A stretch of 64,000 nt of DNA from Candidatus Eiseniibacteriota bacterium. Lineage in GTDB: Bacteria; Eisenbacteria; RBG-16-71-46; JABDJR01. Under the pieces are notes generated by a model. It made no database searches, was not told where the DNA came from, and was given only the letters and a program-made list of their open reading frames with translations. Where the stretch lies: assembly GCA_963783375.1 (NCBI GenBank), contig CAWANH010000028.1, forward strand, positions 64,001-128,000, given 5' to 3'. This document shows, in pieces, positions 39,643-49,761 of the stretch (positions are counted from its first letter, which is position 1; the number at the start of each line of letters is the position of its first letter). Made by a program: the position numbers and the translations under genes.

Positions 39643-40725
39643 TCAGGGCACCGCGCGGAGGAGAAACCCGACCGGGGAGCGGCCGGGATCGAGGCCGGTC
39701 GCCGCCCGCACCAGCGGGACCAGGGCCTGCGGCCGCCGTAGAAGCCGCCGGGCCAGGGCGGGGTGGGCCGAAGCCCCAGCCAGCCACCGCGTCACCCGCT
39801 CCAGGGGCCGGCGAAACGCGCGGGCGCGCGCTTCGAATTCGGCTTCGTGTCCCCGACCTCCCAGCACCCGCTCCACGGTCTCCGCGGCCATCTCCGCGGT
39901 GGCCAGGGCGACGGAGATCCCCTGGCCGCTCACCGGATCGATCCGCCCCGCCGCGTCTCCGATGAGGACCCAACCCGGTCCGGACCAGGCGCGCGCACGG
40001 GTGGCAAGAGGCGCGGCGGCGAGGACCGGCCCGGCCGCGACCACGGCCACCGTCCGATGCGGAAGGACCTCGCGCAAGAACGGGATCACCGCGTCGGGGC
40101 GTGGGGCGGCGCGCCGGTCGAGGAGGAGCGCGACCAAGGTGAGCCCCCGATCCACCGGAGTCAGGTAGACCTCGCCCCCGGGAATGAGAGCCACCTCCAC
40201 CGTCCCGGGTTCCGCGTCGAAGCCGGTGAGATGCGTGGAGAGGCCCACCCGGCCCGGCGGGGCGTCCACCCGGATCCCGAAAGAGCGATGAAAGACCGAG
40301 GTCGGTCCGTCCGCCCCGATCAGGAACCGTCCCTCGAAGGTCCCCCGGTCGGTGTGGACGCGGCCCGGCTCCACCCGGTGGACGCCGGCGCGGACCACCC
40401 GCGCGCCGGAGCCTTCCGCGTGGCGAATCAGGGCGTGGTCCAGGTGGAGGCGCCGGACCGCGAGACCGCTTCCTTCCGGAAACGGCAGGAATGCGGTTTC
40501 ACCGTCCACGCGAAAGCGGAGACCGCGCACCGAACGGGCTTCGGGAAGGGCCACGCCGATCCGGTCGAGCACGGCCTTTCCGTGGGGGAGGATGCCTTCC
40601 CCGCAGGCCTTTTCCCGGGGAAAGCGGTCCCGGTCCAGGACAAGCACCGAGAAGCCGCGGCGGGCCAGGAACGAGGCGGCGGCGGAACCCGCCGGACCTC
40701 CACCGACACAGATGACGTCGAACAT
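39643..40725 (-). CDS. FAD-dependent oxidoreductase (geranylgeranyl reductase-like)
   Basis: DVICVGGGPAGS, FPREKACGEG, GADG, GDAAG.IDP.SGQG. Confidence 0.9.
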   Translation of the reverse strand: MFDVICVGGGPAGSAAASFLARRGFSVLVLDRDRFPREKACGEGILPHGKAVLDRIGVALPEARSVRGLRFRVDGETAFLPFPEGSGLAVRRLHLDHALIRHAEGSGARVVRAGVHRVEPGRVHTDRGTFEGRFLIGADGPTSVFHRSFGIRVDAPPGRVGLSTHLTGFDAEPGTVEVALIPGGEVYLTPVDRGLTLVALLLDRRAAPRPDAVIPFLREVLPHRTVAVVAAGPVLAAAPLATRARAWSGPGWVLIGDAAGRIDPVSGQGISVALATAEMAAETVERVLGGRGHEAEFEARARAFRRPLERVTRWLAGASAHPALARRLLRRPQALVPLVRAATGLDPGRSPVGFLLRAVP

Positions 40726-40871
40726 GGGCACATCATACCCCGGAGGGTGCGAGCCGGGCGGCGGCGGGCGCGGGGAGGGTGGCGCGGCTCCGGCGTGGCC
40801 GCGGATCCGGGGGGCTGGTACTCTCGATCCATCACTTCGCCGGCCAACCACCTCGAATGGAGACCGATCCC

Positions 40872-41581
40872 ATGCCTACCTTACCCGACTCCGGCCGGCG
40901 CGACGGGCGATCTTCCCCCTGGCGGTTCTGGCGGCGGCAGCGTTGCCGATCCGGGCGGCGGTCTCGCCCGCGGGGGCCGGGCCGCCGGCAGTTCCGGCCG
41001 CGGTCCCGGCCGGGGTGGACACTTCCGGCCTGGCCGGCGGGCGTTACGGCGTGATGGAGACCCTCCTCGAGAAGACGATCTTCAAGGTGGACGTCCTCAC
41101 CCTGACGCTCCGGGTGGATCCGGCGACCGCATCGCGTCTGGGGGAACTCGTCACCGGAGCCGGTCCCCGGTCGGCCCGGGAGGATTCCGCGGTGGCCGCG
41201 ATCCTGCGCGCGCCGGACGTCCTGGCCGAGATCCGGTTCAAGCGCACGGTGAGCCTCGGCCAGTTCCTGGGCGGCGTGCGCGACGATATGAAGAAGGCCC
41301 TGGCCGCCGGCATCATCAGCCGGGGCCGATTCGAGGCGGTGAGCGACTCCCTCCCGGTTTGGTTTTCCTTTCTCGGCGACCGGAAGGCCCGGGAAGGCGA
41401 CACGGTCTTCTACCGGATGGACCCGGACTCCATGCGCACGGTGTATGTCGGGCGGGACGGTGAGGTGCTGCTCGATCTTCTCCAGCCCGATCCGCGGGCT
41501 CGCCTGGGGGTCCTGGGGAGCTATCTCGCCCCGGGTTCGGATTTCCGGGACGGGCTTCTGCGGAGCCTGTTCGGCGGCTGA
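40872..41581 (+). CDS. exported protein, possibly chalcone-isomerase-like fold; start uncertain (possible 1-nt frameshift after ATG 40872)
   Basis: Signal-like RRAIFPLAVLAAAALP and globular C-part (IFKVDV, IRFKRTVS, GD.V.Y). The RBS-preceded ATG is one base out of frame. Confidence 0.55.
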
Positions 41582-41719
41582 GGCCGTCGCCGACGCGGCA
41601 CTCGAATGGCAGTAAATTGCATGTCGGCCCCTCCCTGCCACCGCGATACGAACCCACAAAACAAGTAATTTTGTTTGTATATTGAGGTACCCGGGTACAC
41701 CAAACGTGCAGTATTTCGC

Positions 41720-41878
41720 CACGCGGAGGTCTTCCTGGGGCCGTCGCGGGGTTCGGTCCTGTCCCCCCGTTCTGGACTCCGGCAGCCCGGCCCGGAAGGA
41801 GCGGACACCTGCCCCGATCCGACGAAGTGGTCTCTCAGCACGAAATGGCTGTGAACGGCGGGCGAGGTGCACCGCGTG
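41720..41878. ncRNA. candidate structured non-coding RNA (long imperfect rod)
   Basis: Nested pairings CACGCGG/CCGCGTG, GCCGT/ACGGC, GGCAG/CTGCC and an apical CC-GGAA-GG tetraloop in a 730-nt intergenic region. Confidence 0.35.
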
Positions 41879-42242
41879 CGGCCGCCGGGGCCGGCCATGC
41901 CCCTGAGCGAGGCGCGAATCTGAAGGCGCGATGGGTGCGAAGCGGGTCCCATCGCGTATGAAGAGCAAGCGAGGAAACGTCCGGTGGACGTTTCGAGCGA
42001 GCGCTGAGCGCCGAGACGAAGGGGCACCGGCCCCGAGGCCGCGCCCCGCAGACCCGCGACGATCCGGGCCGGGCCGGAGCGCCGAGGCGCGCGGGCCCAG
42101 CGCGCGGGCGCCGAGGCGAGCGGGCGCCGCCGCCCGACAACGCCGCCCCCGGCGCCGCGATTCACCCGGGTGAACTCCCCGGCCCCGCGCACCACCCGCG
42201 TCGCCTCGAATGGGTGAGCTTCCCGACCCGCCCGAAGCCCTT

Positions 42243-42272
42243 TTGAAAAATCCCCCCCGGTTGGGTTAGACT
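42243..42272 (+). promoter_or_regulatory. putative sigma70 promoter
   Basis: TTGAAA-18 nt-TAGACT before ATG 42313. Confidence 0.5.
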
Positions 42273-42312
42273 GCGGGCTCCAGCCCAAAGCACCGACCAA
42301 AACTGAAGGCCC

Positions 42313-43095
42313 ATGCCCCTCTACGACCCACAGCGCGTTCGTCCTCGCGCGGTCGCGATCCTGCGTGCCGCCGCGGTCTTCTTTCTGTTCGTCCATCCGC
42401 TCTTCGAGCTGGCGTCCTCGACCGACGCCCGGGCGGGGAGCCTCCGGGGCTCCCTGGCCTCGGTGCGGCGGCAGGACCGGGAAGCCGATCTCAACGACTT
42501 CACCCGCCTTCGCACGCCGGCCCAGGTGAAGAAGTTCCTGAAGCTGGGGCTGTTGGTTCCGGTTCCCGGAAACGCCGACTACGACCTGGACCGCGAAGTC
42601 TCCTTCCCGGTGGCCCGGCCGGAGGTGAAGCTCTTCGTGGAGCGGCTGGCCCGCCAGTACCACGCCGCCACCGGGGAGAAGCTCGTGGTCACGAGCCTCA
42701 CCCGCCCGATCTCCGACCAGCCCATGAACGCGTCGGATCTGTCGGTGCATCCGGCCGGGATGGCGGTGGACTTCCATCGGAGCTCGAGCCGCGCCTCCCG
42801 CCGGTGGCTGGAGCGGGTGCTCCTCTCCCTGGAGGATCGCGGGGTGCTCGAGGCCACCCGCGAACGCCATCCTCCCCATTACCACGTGGCGGTGTTCCCC
42901 AAGCTCTACGCCGCCTACGTGGCACGGATCGCCGGCGGACCCGACACCGTCACCCACCGGGTCCGACGCGGCGAGAGTCTCTGGCAGATCGCGCGGCGCT
43001 ACGGCAGCACGGTCCGGGAGATCCAGACGGCCAACGGAATGGACACCGCGGACATCCGCCCGGGGATGAAGCTCACCATCCCCCAGCTCCGGTAG
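42313..43095 (+). CDS. DUF5715/peptidase M15-like domain protein with C-terminal LysM
   Basis: VTSLTR, SVH..GMAVD, HYHVAV, LysM HRVRRGESLWQIARRYG. Confidence 0.85.
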   Translation: MPLYDPQRVRPRAVAILRAAAVFFLFVHPLFELASSTDARAGSLRGSLASVRRQDREADLNDFTRLRTPAQVKKFLKLGLLVPVPGNADYDLDREVSFPVARPEVKLFVERLARQYHAATGEKLVVTSLTRPISDQPMNASDLSVHPAGMAVDFHRSSSRASRRWLERVLLSLEDRGVLEATRERHPPHYHVAVFPKLYAAYVARIAGGPDTVTHRVRRGESLWQIARRYGSTVREIQTANGMDTADIRPGMKLTIPQLR

Positions 43096-43277
43096 GGACC
43101 CGGCCGCTCCGCGTCCCGGTCTCCCCGCCGCGACCCGCCCCGTAGGCGCCCCCCGAATCTCGGCCCGGCGCGTAAACGGCTATACTTCCCCCACGGGCCG
43201 TCCCGCGGCGAGACGCCGCCGGTCCGTCCGGGGCGGCACCGGGGTCGCGCCCGAACCTCATGCGTGAAGGAGCGGTC

Positions 43278-43562
43278 ATGGTCAGCGCCATCGTCCTTTT
43301 GAGCCTCGAACGGGACAGGATCAACGAAGTGGCCGGGAAGCTGGTGGACCAGGAGGGGATCACCGAGGTGTACTCGGTGGCCGGGCAATACGACCTGGTG
43401 GCCATGGTGCGTGCCCGGGACAACGATGCCCTCGCCGACCTCATCACCGGCCACCTGCTCCAGGTGGAGGGCATCCTTCGCTCCGAGACCCTCATCGCCT
43501 TCCGCGTCTACTCCCGGTTCGACCTGGAACGGATGTTCTCCATCGGCATGGAGCCCGAGTGA
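43278..43562 (+). CDS. stand-alone Lrp/AsnC ligand-binding domain protein
   Basis: AAGGAG RBS, EVYSVAGQYDL, GI.RSETLI. Confidence 0.88.
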   Translation: MVSAIVLLSLERDRINEVAGKLVDQEGITEVYSVAGQYDLVAMVRARDNDALADLITGHLLQVEGILRSETLIAFRVYSRFDLERMFSIGMEPE

Positions 43563-44491
43563 TCGGACGCCCCATCGCGCACGCGCTGATCCTGTTTCTG
43601 GCCATGGCGGCGACCGTGTCCTGCACCGGAAAGGGCGGCGGTTCCGCGCCCGCCCCCGCTCCTTCGCCCGCCTCCTCCGAGGCCTCGGCGGACGCGCGGT
43701 GGGGCCCCGGGCACGCCCGGGCGCGCCTGATCGCCGACCCCGCCGCCGTCGCCCCCGGCGAGAGCCTCGTCGTGGGGGTGAGCTTCGACATCCAGCCCGG
43801 CTGGCATCTCTACTGGAGCGGCGCCAACGACACCGGGTATCCGATCCAGGTGCGGCCGGAGCTCCCGGCGGACTGGAGCGCGGGGGATCTTCTCTGGCCG
43901 GCCCCCGAGCGCCTGGTCTCACCGGGAAACATCCTCGACCACGTCTACACCGACCGGGTCACCCTGCTGCTCCCGGTCCGGACGGCGTCCTCGGAGACCG
44001 ATTCAGTGACCGTGAAGGCCCGGCTCGAATGGTTGGCCTGCCGGGAGGTGTGCCTCCCCGGAAGCGCCGAGGTTGCGCTCACCCTCGCGGTGCGGGCGAG
44101 AGGCGCGTCCTCCGGTCAAGGGAGCGACGCCCCGCTCCTCGCAAGCAAGGCCCCTCCCGATTCCGACGCCGCGGCCCGCTTCGAAGAGACCCGGGAACGC
44201 CTCCCCCTCCCCCTGAGCGCCTCACGAACCCCGGTGGAGGCGCGCCTGGAGAACGGGGCGGCGGTCGTCGTCGTCCCGGGGGCGGCGCGACTCGTCTTCT
44301 TTCCCGGCACGGATTGCGCCCGGCTGGCCAACCCGATCCGGGATGCGGCCGCCGACGGCAACCGGCTGCGCCTGATCCTGGCCCCCGAAGCCGGATCATC
44401 GCCCCGGGTGACCGGCGTCCTGGAGGTCCGCCGTCCCGGCGCGGACCCCGCGTTCTACACCCTCAGCATTCCACCCCCCGCGGGCAGCTGA
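43559..44491 (+). CDS. DsbD N-terminal-like domain lipoprotein
   Basis: PGWHLYW, WP.PER, WLACREVCLPG. Confidence 0.82.
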   Translation: MIGRPIAHALILFLAMAATVSCTGKGGGSAPAPAPSPASSEASADARWGPGHARARLIADPAAVAPGESLVVGVSFDIQPGWHLYWSGANDTGYPIQVRPELPADWSAGDLLWPAPERLVSPGNILDHVYTDRVTLLLPVRTASSETDSVTVKARLEWLACREVCLPGSAEVALTLAVRARGASSGQGSDAPLLASKAPPDSDAAARFEETRERLPLPLSASRTPVEARLENGAAVVVVPGAARLVFFPGTDCARLANPIRDAAADGNRLRLILAPEAGSSPRVTGVLEVRRPGADPAFYTLSIPPPAGS

Positions 44492-44517
44492 TTTCCCGCG
44501 GCATCGAAGGAGCCACC

Positions 44518-45228
44518 ATGTCGAGCACCCATCGCATCCGCATCCTTGCCGCCTGCGCCGGCCTCACCGTCTTCACCCTGATTTCCGGATGCACCGGGAA
44601 CCAAGCCGCCGGGGACCGGAGCGCCGGGGCGGGAGAAACCGCGGCAAACCCGGAGACCGCCGTCGCGGCCTCGGATACTCCGCTCCAGGTCGCCCAGGTC
44701 GGAAAGCCCGCTCCCGACTTCACCCTCACCGACACCGAGGGGAAGACCCACCGGCTGAGCGACTACACCGCCCAGGGAAAGGTCGTGGTACTGGAGTGGT
44801 TCAACCCCGACTGCCCCTTCGTGCAGAAGCAGCACAAGCGGACCCACAACATGATCGAGACCCAGGCCATGGCCGCGAAGATGAGCGTGGTCTGGCTGGC
44901 GGTGAACTCCAACGCGCCCGGGAAGCAGGGATCGGGGTTGGAGCGGAACCGGAAGGCTAAGGACGAATACGAGATGGACTATCCCATCCTCATGGACGAG
45001 GACGGACGGGTGGGGCGGCTCTACCGGGCCAAGACCACGCCCCAGATGTTCCTGATCGACGCCGAGGGGATCCTCCTCTACGACGGGGCCATCGACAACG
45101 ATCCGAGCCCGGACAAGCTGGGAACGGTGAACTACGTGAAGCAGGCGCTCACCGAGCACGCGGCGGGAAAGGCGGTCAGCGAGGCCGAGACCAAGTCCTA
45201 CGGGTGCAGCGTGAAGTACGCGAGCTAG
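44518..45228 (+). CDS. redoxin/AhpC-TSA family lipoprotein
   Basis: AAGGAG RBS, GKPAPDFTL, EWFNPDCPFV, AKTTP, YDGAID, YGCSVKY. Confidence 0.9.
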   Translation: MSSTHRIRILAACAGLTVFTLISGCTGNQAAGDRSAGAGETAANPETAVAASDTPLQVAQVGKPAPDFTLTDTEGKTHRLSDYTAQGKVVVLEWFNPDCPFVQKQHKRTHNMIETQAMAAKMSVVWLAVNSNAPGKQGSGLERNRKAKDEYEMDYPILMDEDGRVGRLYRAKTTPQMFLIDAEGILLYDGAIDNDPSPDKLGTVNYVKQALTEHAAGKAVSEAETKSYGCSVKYAS

Positions 45229-45333
45229 CCCGGTAGGACCGCCGGACGGCCCCTGGCCTCCGCGTCATGGGCCGGAGTTCTCCGAAGTAACCGCGGGATC
45301 CGCGTCGCCACCCGAACGACCCCGCGCCACCCG

Positions 45334-46816
45334 CTACCGCAGCGCGGTCGCGGTCTCCCGGAGGAGCGCCCAGGTGAGGGCGACGTCCTCGGGGGTGGTG
45401 CGGAGGTTCCCCACCGCGAGCCGGAGGCCGAACCGGCCCCGGACCACCACGTGGGAGAGAAACGCCTGCCCGGAGGCGTTCACCGCCTCCAGGAGGGCCC
45501 GGTTGTGGGCCTCGATCGCCGGCTCTTCCGGGATGAGGTCCCCGGGGCCGGCATCCTCCGCGCGGGCCGGGGTGACCACGGCCGGGGGGATGTGGCGGAA
45601 GAGCACGGTGCTCATGGGGGCGGGGGCCAGCCGCTCCCAGTCCGAGGCCTCGTCCACCCACCCGGCGAAGGTCTGCGCCATCTCCACCGCGGCGCGGATC
45701 CGCTCCGCGACGCCCTCGGTCCCGAAGGTCCGAAGCACCATCCAGAGCTTGAGCGCCCGGAATCGCCGCCCCAGGGCCGGCCCGTAGTCCATGAGGTTCC
45801 GGGCCGTGCCCTGTTCGGGGGTCATGAGATAGGGCGGCACCAGGGAGAAGGCCTCGCGGATCACCTCGGGGCGCCGGCAGTAGAGCGCGCTGAGATCGAT
45901 CGGCACGAAGAGCCACTTGTGGGGGTTCACCACGAAGCTGTCGGCGCGGTCGCATCCCTCCAGTACCCAGCGGTACTCGGGAACCGCCGCCATGGCTCCG
46001 CCGTAGGCCCCGTCCACGTGGAGCCAGATCCCCTCGCGCTGGCAAAGGTCGGCGATGGCGGGGATGGGGTCGATGCTGGTGGTGCTGGTGGTGCCCACCG
46101 TGGCCGAGACCGCCATCGGAACCCAACCGGCGCGGCGGTCCTCGGCCACCGCCCGGGTGAGCGCCGCCACGTCCATCCGGAACTCCGGGTCGGTGGGGAT
46201 CCTCCGCACCCCGTCCTGGCCGAGCCCCAGGGTGAGGGCCGCCTTCTCCACCGAGCTGTGGGCCTCCTCGCTGGTGTAGAGCCGGAGCCGGGGGCCGCCG
46301 GCCAGCCCGCGCTCCCGCACCGCACCTCCGGTCGCGGCCTGGCGCGCCGCGGCGAGAGCCACCAGGGTGGAAACGCTCGCGGTGTCGTTGATGTGCCCGT
46401 CGAAGGTGTCGGGGAGCCCCAGCATCCGGCGAAGCCAGCCCAGGGCGGTCACTTCAAGTTCGGTGGCCGCGGGGGAGGTCCGCCAGAGCATGGCGTTGAC
46501 GTTCAGGGCGGCGGTGAGCGCCTCTCCGAGAATCCCGGGCGCGCTTCCGGTGATCGAGAAGTAGGCGAAGAACCGAGGGTGGTTCCAGTGGGTGATGCCG
46601 GGAACCAGGATCTCCCGGAAGTCGCGGAGGGTCTCGTCCGAGGGGGACGGGACGGGCCGGAGGCTCCGCGGGAAGGGCCGCGGCGATCTCCCCGGGTCGG
46701 GTGCGGGCCAGGACCGGGTAGTCCCGGATGCGCTCCAGGTAGTCGGCGATCCAGTCCACCACCTCACGGCCGTGGCGGCGAAACTCCTCGGGACTCAGAT
46801 CGCCCTGGCTCTCCAT
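45334..46816 (-). pseudogene. group II PLP-dependent (aromatic L-amino acid) decarboxylase, frameshifted near 46639-46646
   Basis: EEFRRHG..DWIADY (ORF 46454-46816) continues into PGITHWNHP, SPAATELE, HVDGAYG, NPHKW, GRRFRALKLW (ORF 45334-46767). Confidence 0.88.
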
Positions 46817-47079
46817 GCCGCTTCTCCTCCGGGGGTTCGGGCCGCGCCGGCCCGCCCCTCTTCCCGGGCTAATTCATTCCGGGATAGCCGTTTAGAATCG
46901 ACCAAGACCATTCAAGACCCGCTCCCCCGTCCCGTCAACCACAAACCCCGGGGCATGCGGCGGTCTTGCCCCCGAATCCCGCGATCCGTAGACTCTATGG
47001 GTTGTCCCTTAAACTGTGAGAGTTTGGGCGTGATGGCGCCCCATTATCCTCCTTTGGCTCACCCTGGAAGGACCACGCG

Positions 47080-49761
47080 ATGGCAGTGCATGACTTCGAT
47101 CCCCCCGAGGGGCTGGATCTCGAGCAGCTCGAGATCGAGGAGTGGCTGGACTCCCTGGACTACGTGATCAAGACCGGGGGGGCGGAACGGGTCCAGAAGC
47201 TCCTCCGCCGGCTCCAGCACCGGGCGGCGGAGTTCGGCATCTCCCTCCCCTTCACCGCCAACACCCCCTACATCAACACGATCCCGCGGACCCACCAGCC
47301 GCGCTTCCCCGGAAACCGGGAGATCGAGCGGCGGATCAAGAGCATCATCCGCTGGAACGCCATGGCCATGGTGGTGCGGGCCAACCGGGAGTCGAGCGGG
47401 ATCGGCGGGCACATCTCCACCTACGCCTCGGCGGCCACGCTCATCGAGGTGGGGTTCAACCACTTCTTCCGGGGGAAGGACGACCCCTCGGGCGGCGACC
47501 AGGTTTACTTCCAGGGGCACGCCTCGCCGGGGATCTACGCCCGGGCGTTCCTGGAGGGGCGCCTCACCGAGGCCCAGCTCCAGAACTTCCGCCGGGAGCT
47601 CAAGCCCGGGGGCGGGCTCTCCTCCTATCCCCACCCCTGGCTCATGCCCAGCTTCTGGGAGTTCCCCACCGTCTCCATGGGGCTCGCCCCCATCACCGCC
47701 ATCTACCAGGCCCGGTTCAACCGGTACCTGGAGGACCGGGGGCTCCTGGAGCACTCGGGAAAGGTGTGGGCCTTCCTGGGGGACGGGGAGCTGGACGAGC
47801 CCGAGGCCCTGGGCGCGATCAGCCTGGCCTCCCGGGAGAAGCTCGACAACCTGATCTTCGTGGTGAACTGCAACCTCCAGCGGCTGGACGGACCGGTCCG
47901 CGGGAACGGCAAGATCATCCAGGAGCTGGAAGCCACCTTCCGCGGCACCGGCTGGAACGTGCTCAAGGTCATCTGGGGGGCGGACTGGGACCTGCTGCTT
48001 CAGAACGACCCGGACGGGATCCTGGTCCAGCGGATGGAAGAGGCGGTGGACGGCGACTACCAGAAGTACAGCGTGGAATCCGGCGCCTACATCCGCGATC
48101 ACTTCTTCGGCCGGGACCCCCGGCTGTCGAAGCTGGTCGAGCACCTCACCGACGAGGAGATCCGGAAGCTCCGCCGCGGCGGCCACGACCCGGAAAAGGT
48201 CTACGCGGCCTACAAGGCCGCCTTCGACCACAAGGGCCAGCCCACGGTGATCCTGGCCAAGACCATCAAGGGGTACGGTCTGGGCGAGGCGGGCGAGGGG
48301 AAGAACATCACCCATCAGCAGAAGAAGCTGAACGAGGTCGAGGTGCGGGAGTTCCGTTCCCGCTTCGGCATCCCCATCTCCGACGACGAGGTGGGGGCGG
48401 CTCCCTTCTACCGCCCGTCGGAGGACAGCCCGGAGATGCGCTACCTCCACGACCGGCGGAAGAAGCTGGGGGGGTACCTTCCCGAGCGGCGCGTGCGCGC
48501 TCCCAAGGGGGAGGCGGTTCCCTCGGAGCTCTTCAAGGAGTTCCTCGAGGGCTCGGAGGACCGGGAAGCGGCCACCACCATGGTGTTCGTGCGCATCCTG
48601 GCCAAGCTCCTGCGCGACAAGTCGATCGGTAAGTACATCGTCCCCATCGTCCCCGACGAGGCCCGCACCTTCGGCATGGAGGCGCTCTTCCGCCAGGTCG
48701 GGATCTACTCCCACGTCGGGCAGAAGTACGAACCGGTGGACCGCGAGACCCTCCTCTACTACAAGGAGGCCACCGACGGTCAGATCCTGGAGGAGGGAAT
48801 CACCGAGGCCGGCTCCATGGCCTCGTTCGTGGCCGCCGGCACCGCCTACGCCACCCACGGGGTCAACACCATCCCCATCTTCCTCTTCTATTCCATGTTC
48901 GGCTTCCAGCGGATCGGCGACCTCGTCTGGCTGGCCAACGACATCCGCTGCCGGGGATTCCTGATCGGGGCCACCGCCGGACGGACCACCCTGGCCGGCG
49001 AAGGGCTTCAGCACCAGGACGGCCAGAGCCACCTTCTCGCCTACCCGAGCCCCAACGTGCGGGCCTACGACCCCGCCTTCGCCTACGAGATCGCGGTGCT
49101 GGTGGAGGAGGGGATCCGGGAGATGGTCGAGGAGCAGAAGCCGGTCATCTACTACCTCACGGTGGAGAACGAGCCCTATCCCATGCCCACCATGCCCGAG
49201 GGCGTGAAGGAGGGGATCCTCCGCGGGCTCTACCGGTTCAAGCCCTCCACCCGGAAGGGGAAGAAGAAGCGGGTCCAGCTCCTGGGGAGCGGGGCCATCA
49301 TGCGGGAGACCCTGAAGGCCCAGGAGATGCTGGAGTCCCGATACGGGGTGACCGCCGACGTGTGGAGCGTCACCAGCTACAAGGAGCTCTTCACCGACGC
49401 CCTGGAGGCCGAGCGCTGGAACCTGCTCCATCCCGGCGAGCCGCCGCGCGTGCCCTACGTGCGGGAGGTTCTCGGCGACAAGCCGGGGGCGGTGGTGGCG
49501 GCCTCGGACTACACCAAGGCCCTCCCGGAGTCGGTGGGCAAGTGGATCCCCGAGCCCTTCCTGGCCCTGGGGACCGACGGTTTCGGGCGGAGCGAGGACC
49601 GGGCGTCGCTCCGCGAGTTCTTCGAGGTGGACGCGCGGTTCATAACCCTGGCCGCGTTGACCGCGCTCTGCCGGACCGGCGCGGTGGAATCCGCGGCGGT
49701 GGTCCAGGCGGTCAAGGATCTGGGTATCGACCCCGAAAAGGCCAACCCCATGATTTCGTAG
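47080..49761 (+). CDS. aceE: pyruvate dehydrogenase E1 component (homodimeric)
   Basis: YFQGHASPG, TVSMGL, GDGE.DEPE, NCNLQRLDG, GEGLQH. Confidence 0.97.
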   Translation: MAVHDFDPPEGLDLEQLEIEEWLDSLDYVIKTGGAERVQKLLRRLQHRAAEFGISLPFTANTPYINTIPRTHQPRFPGNREIERRIKSIIRWNAMAMVVRANRESSGIGGHISTYASAATLIEVGFNHFFRGKDDPSGGDQVYFQGHASPGIYARAFLEGRLTEAQLQNFRRELKPGGGLSSYPHPWLMPSFWEFPTVSMGLAPITAIYQARFNRYLEDRGLLEHSGKVWAFLGDGELDEPEALGAISLASREKLDNLIFVVNCNLQRLDGPVRGNGKIIQELEATFRGTGWNVLKVIWGADWDLLLQNDPDGILVQRMEEAVDGDYQKYSVESGAYIRDHFFGRDPRLSKLVEHLTDEEIRKLRRGGHDPEKVYAAYKAAFDHKGQPTVILAKTIKGYGLGEAGEGKNITHQQKKLNEVEVREFRSRFGIPISDDEVGAAPFYRPSEDSPEMRYLHDRRKKLGGYLPERRVRAPKGEAVPSELFKEFLEGSEDREAATTMVFVRILAKLLRDKSIGKYIVPIVPDEARTFGMEALFRQVGIYSHVGQKYEPVDRETLLYYKEATDGQILEEGITEAGSMASFVAAGTAYATHGVNTIPIFLFYSMFGFQRIGDLVWLANDIRCRGFLIGATAGRTTLAGEGLQHQDGQSHLLAYPSPNVRAYDPAFAYEIAVLVEEGIREMVEEQKPVIYYLTVENEPYPMPTMPEGVKEGILRGLYRFKPSTRKGKKKRVQLLGSGAIMRETLKAQEMLESRYGVTADVWSVTSYKELFTDALEAERWNLLHPGEPPRVPYVREVLGDKPGAVVAASDYTKALPESVGKWIPEPFLALGTDGFGRSEDRASLREFFEVDARFITLAALTALCRTGAVESAAVVQAVKDLGIDPEKANPMIS

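Noticed and set aside
41665-41692. dif site (central TGTATATT)
   Set aside because: The arms do not match the XerC or XerD consensus (TTATGTTAAAT).
41781-41813. SRP (4.5S) RNA domain IV
   Set aside because: GGCCCGGAAGGAGCGG resembles CAGGTCCGGAAGGAAGCAG, but the conserved CAGG and AGCA loop adenines are changed and the stem is one base short.
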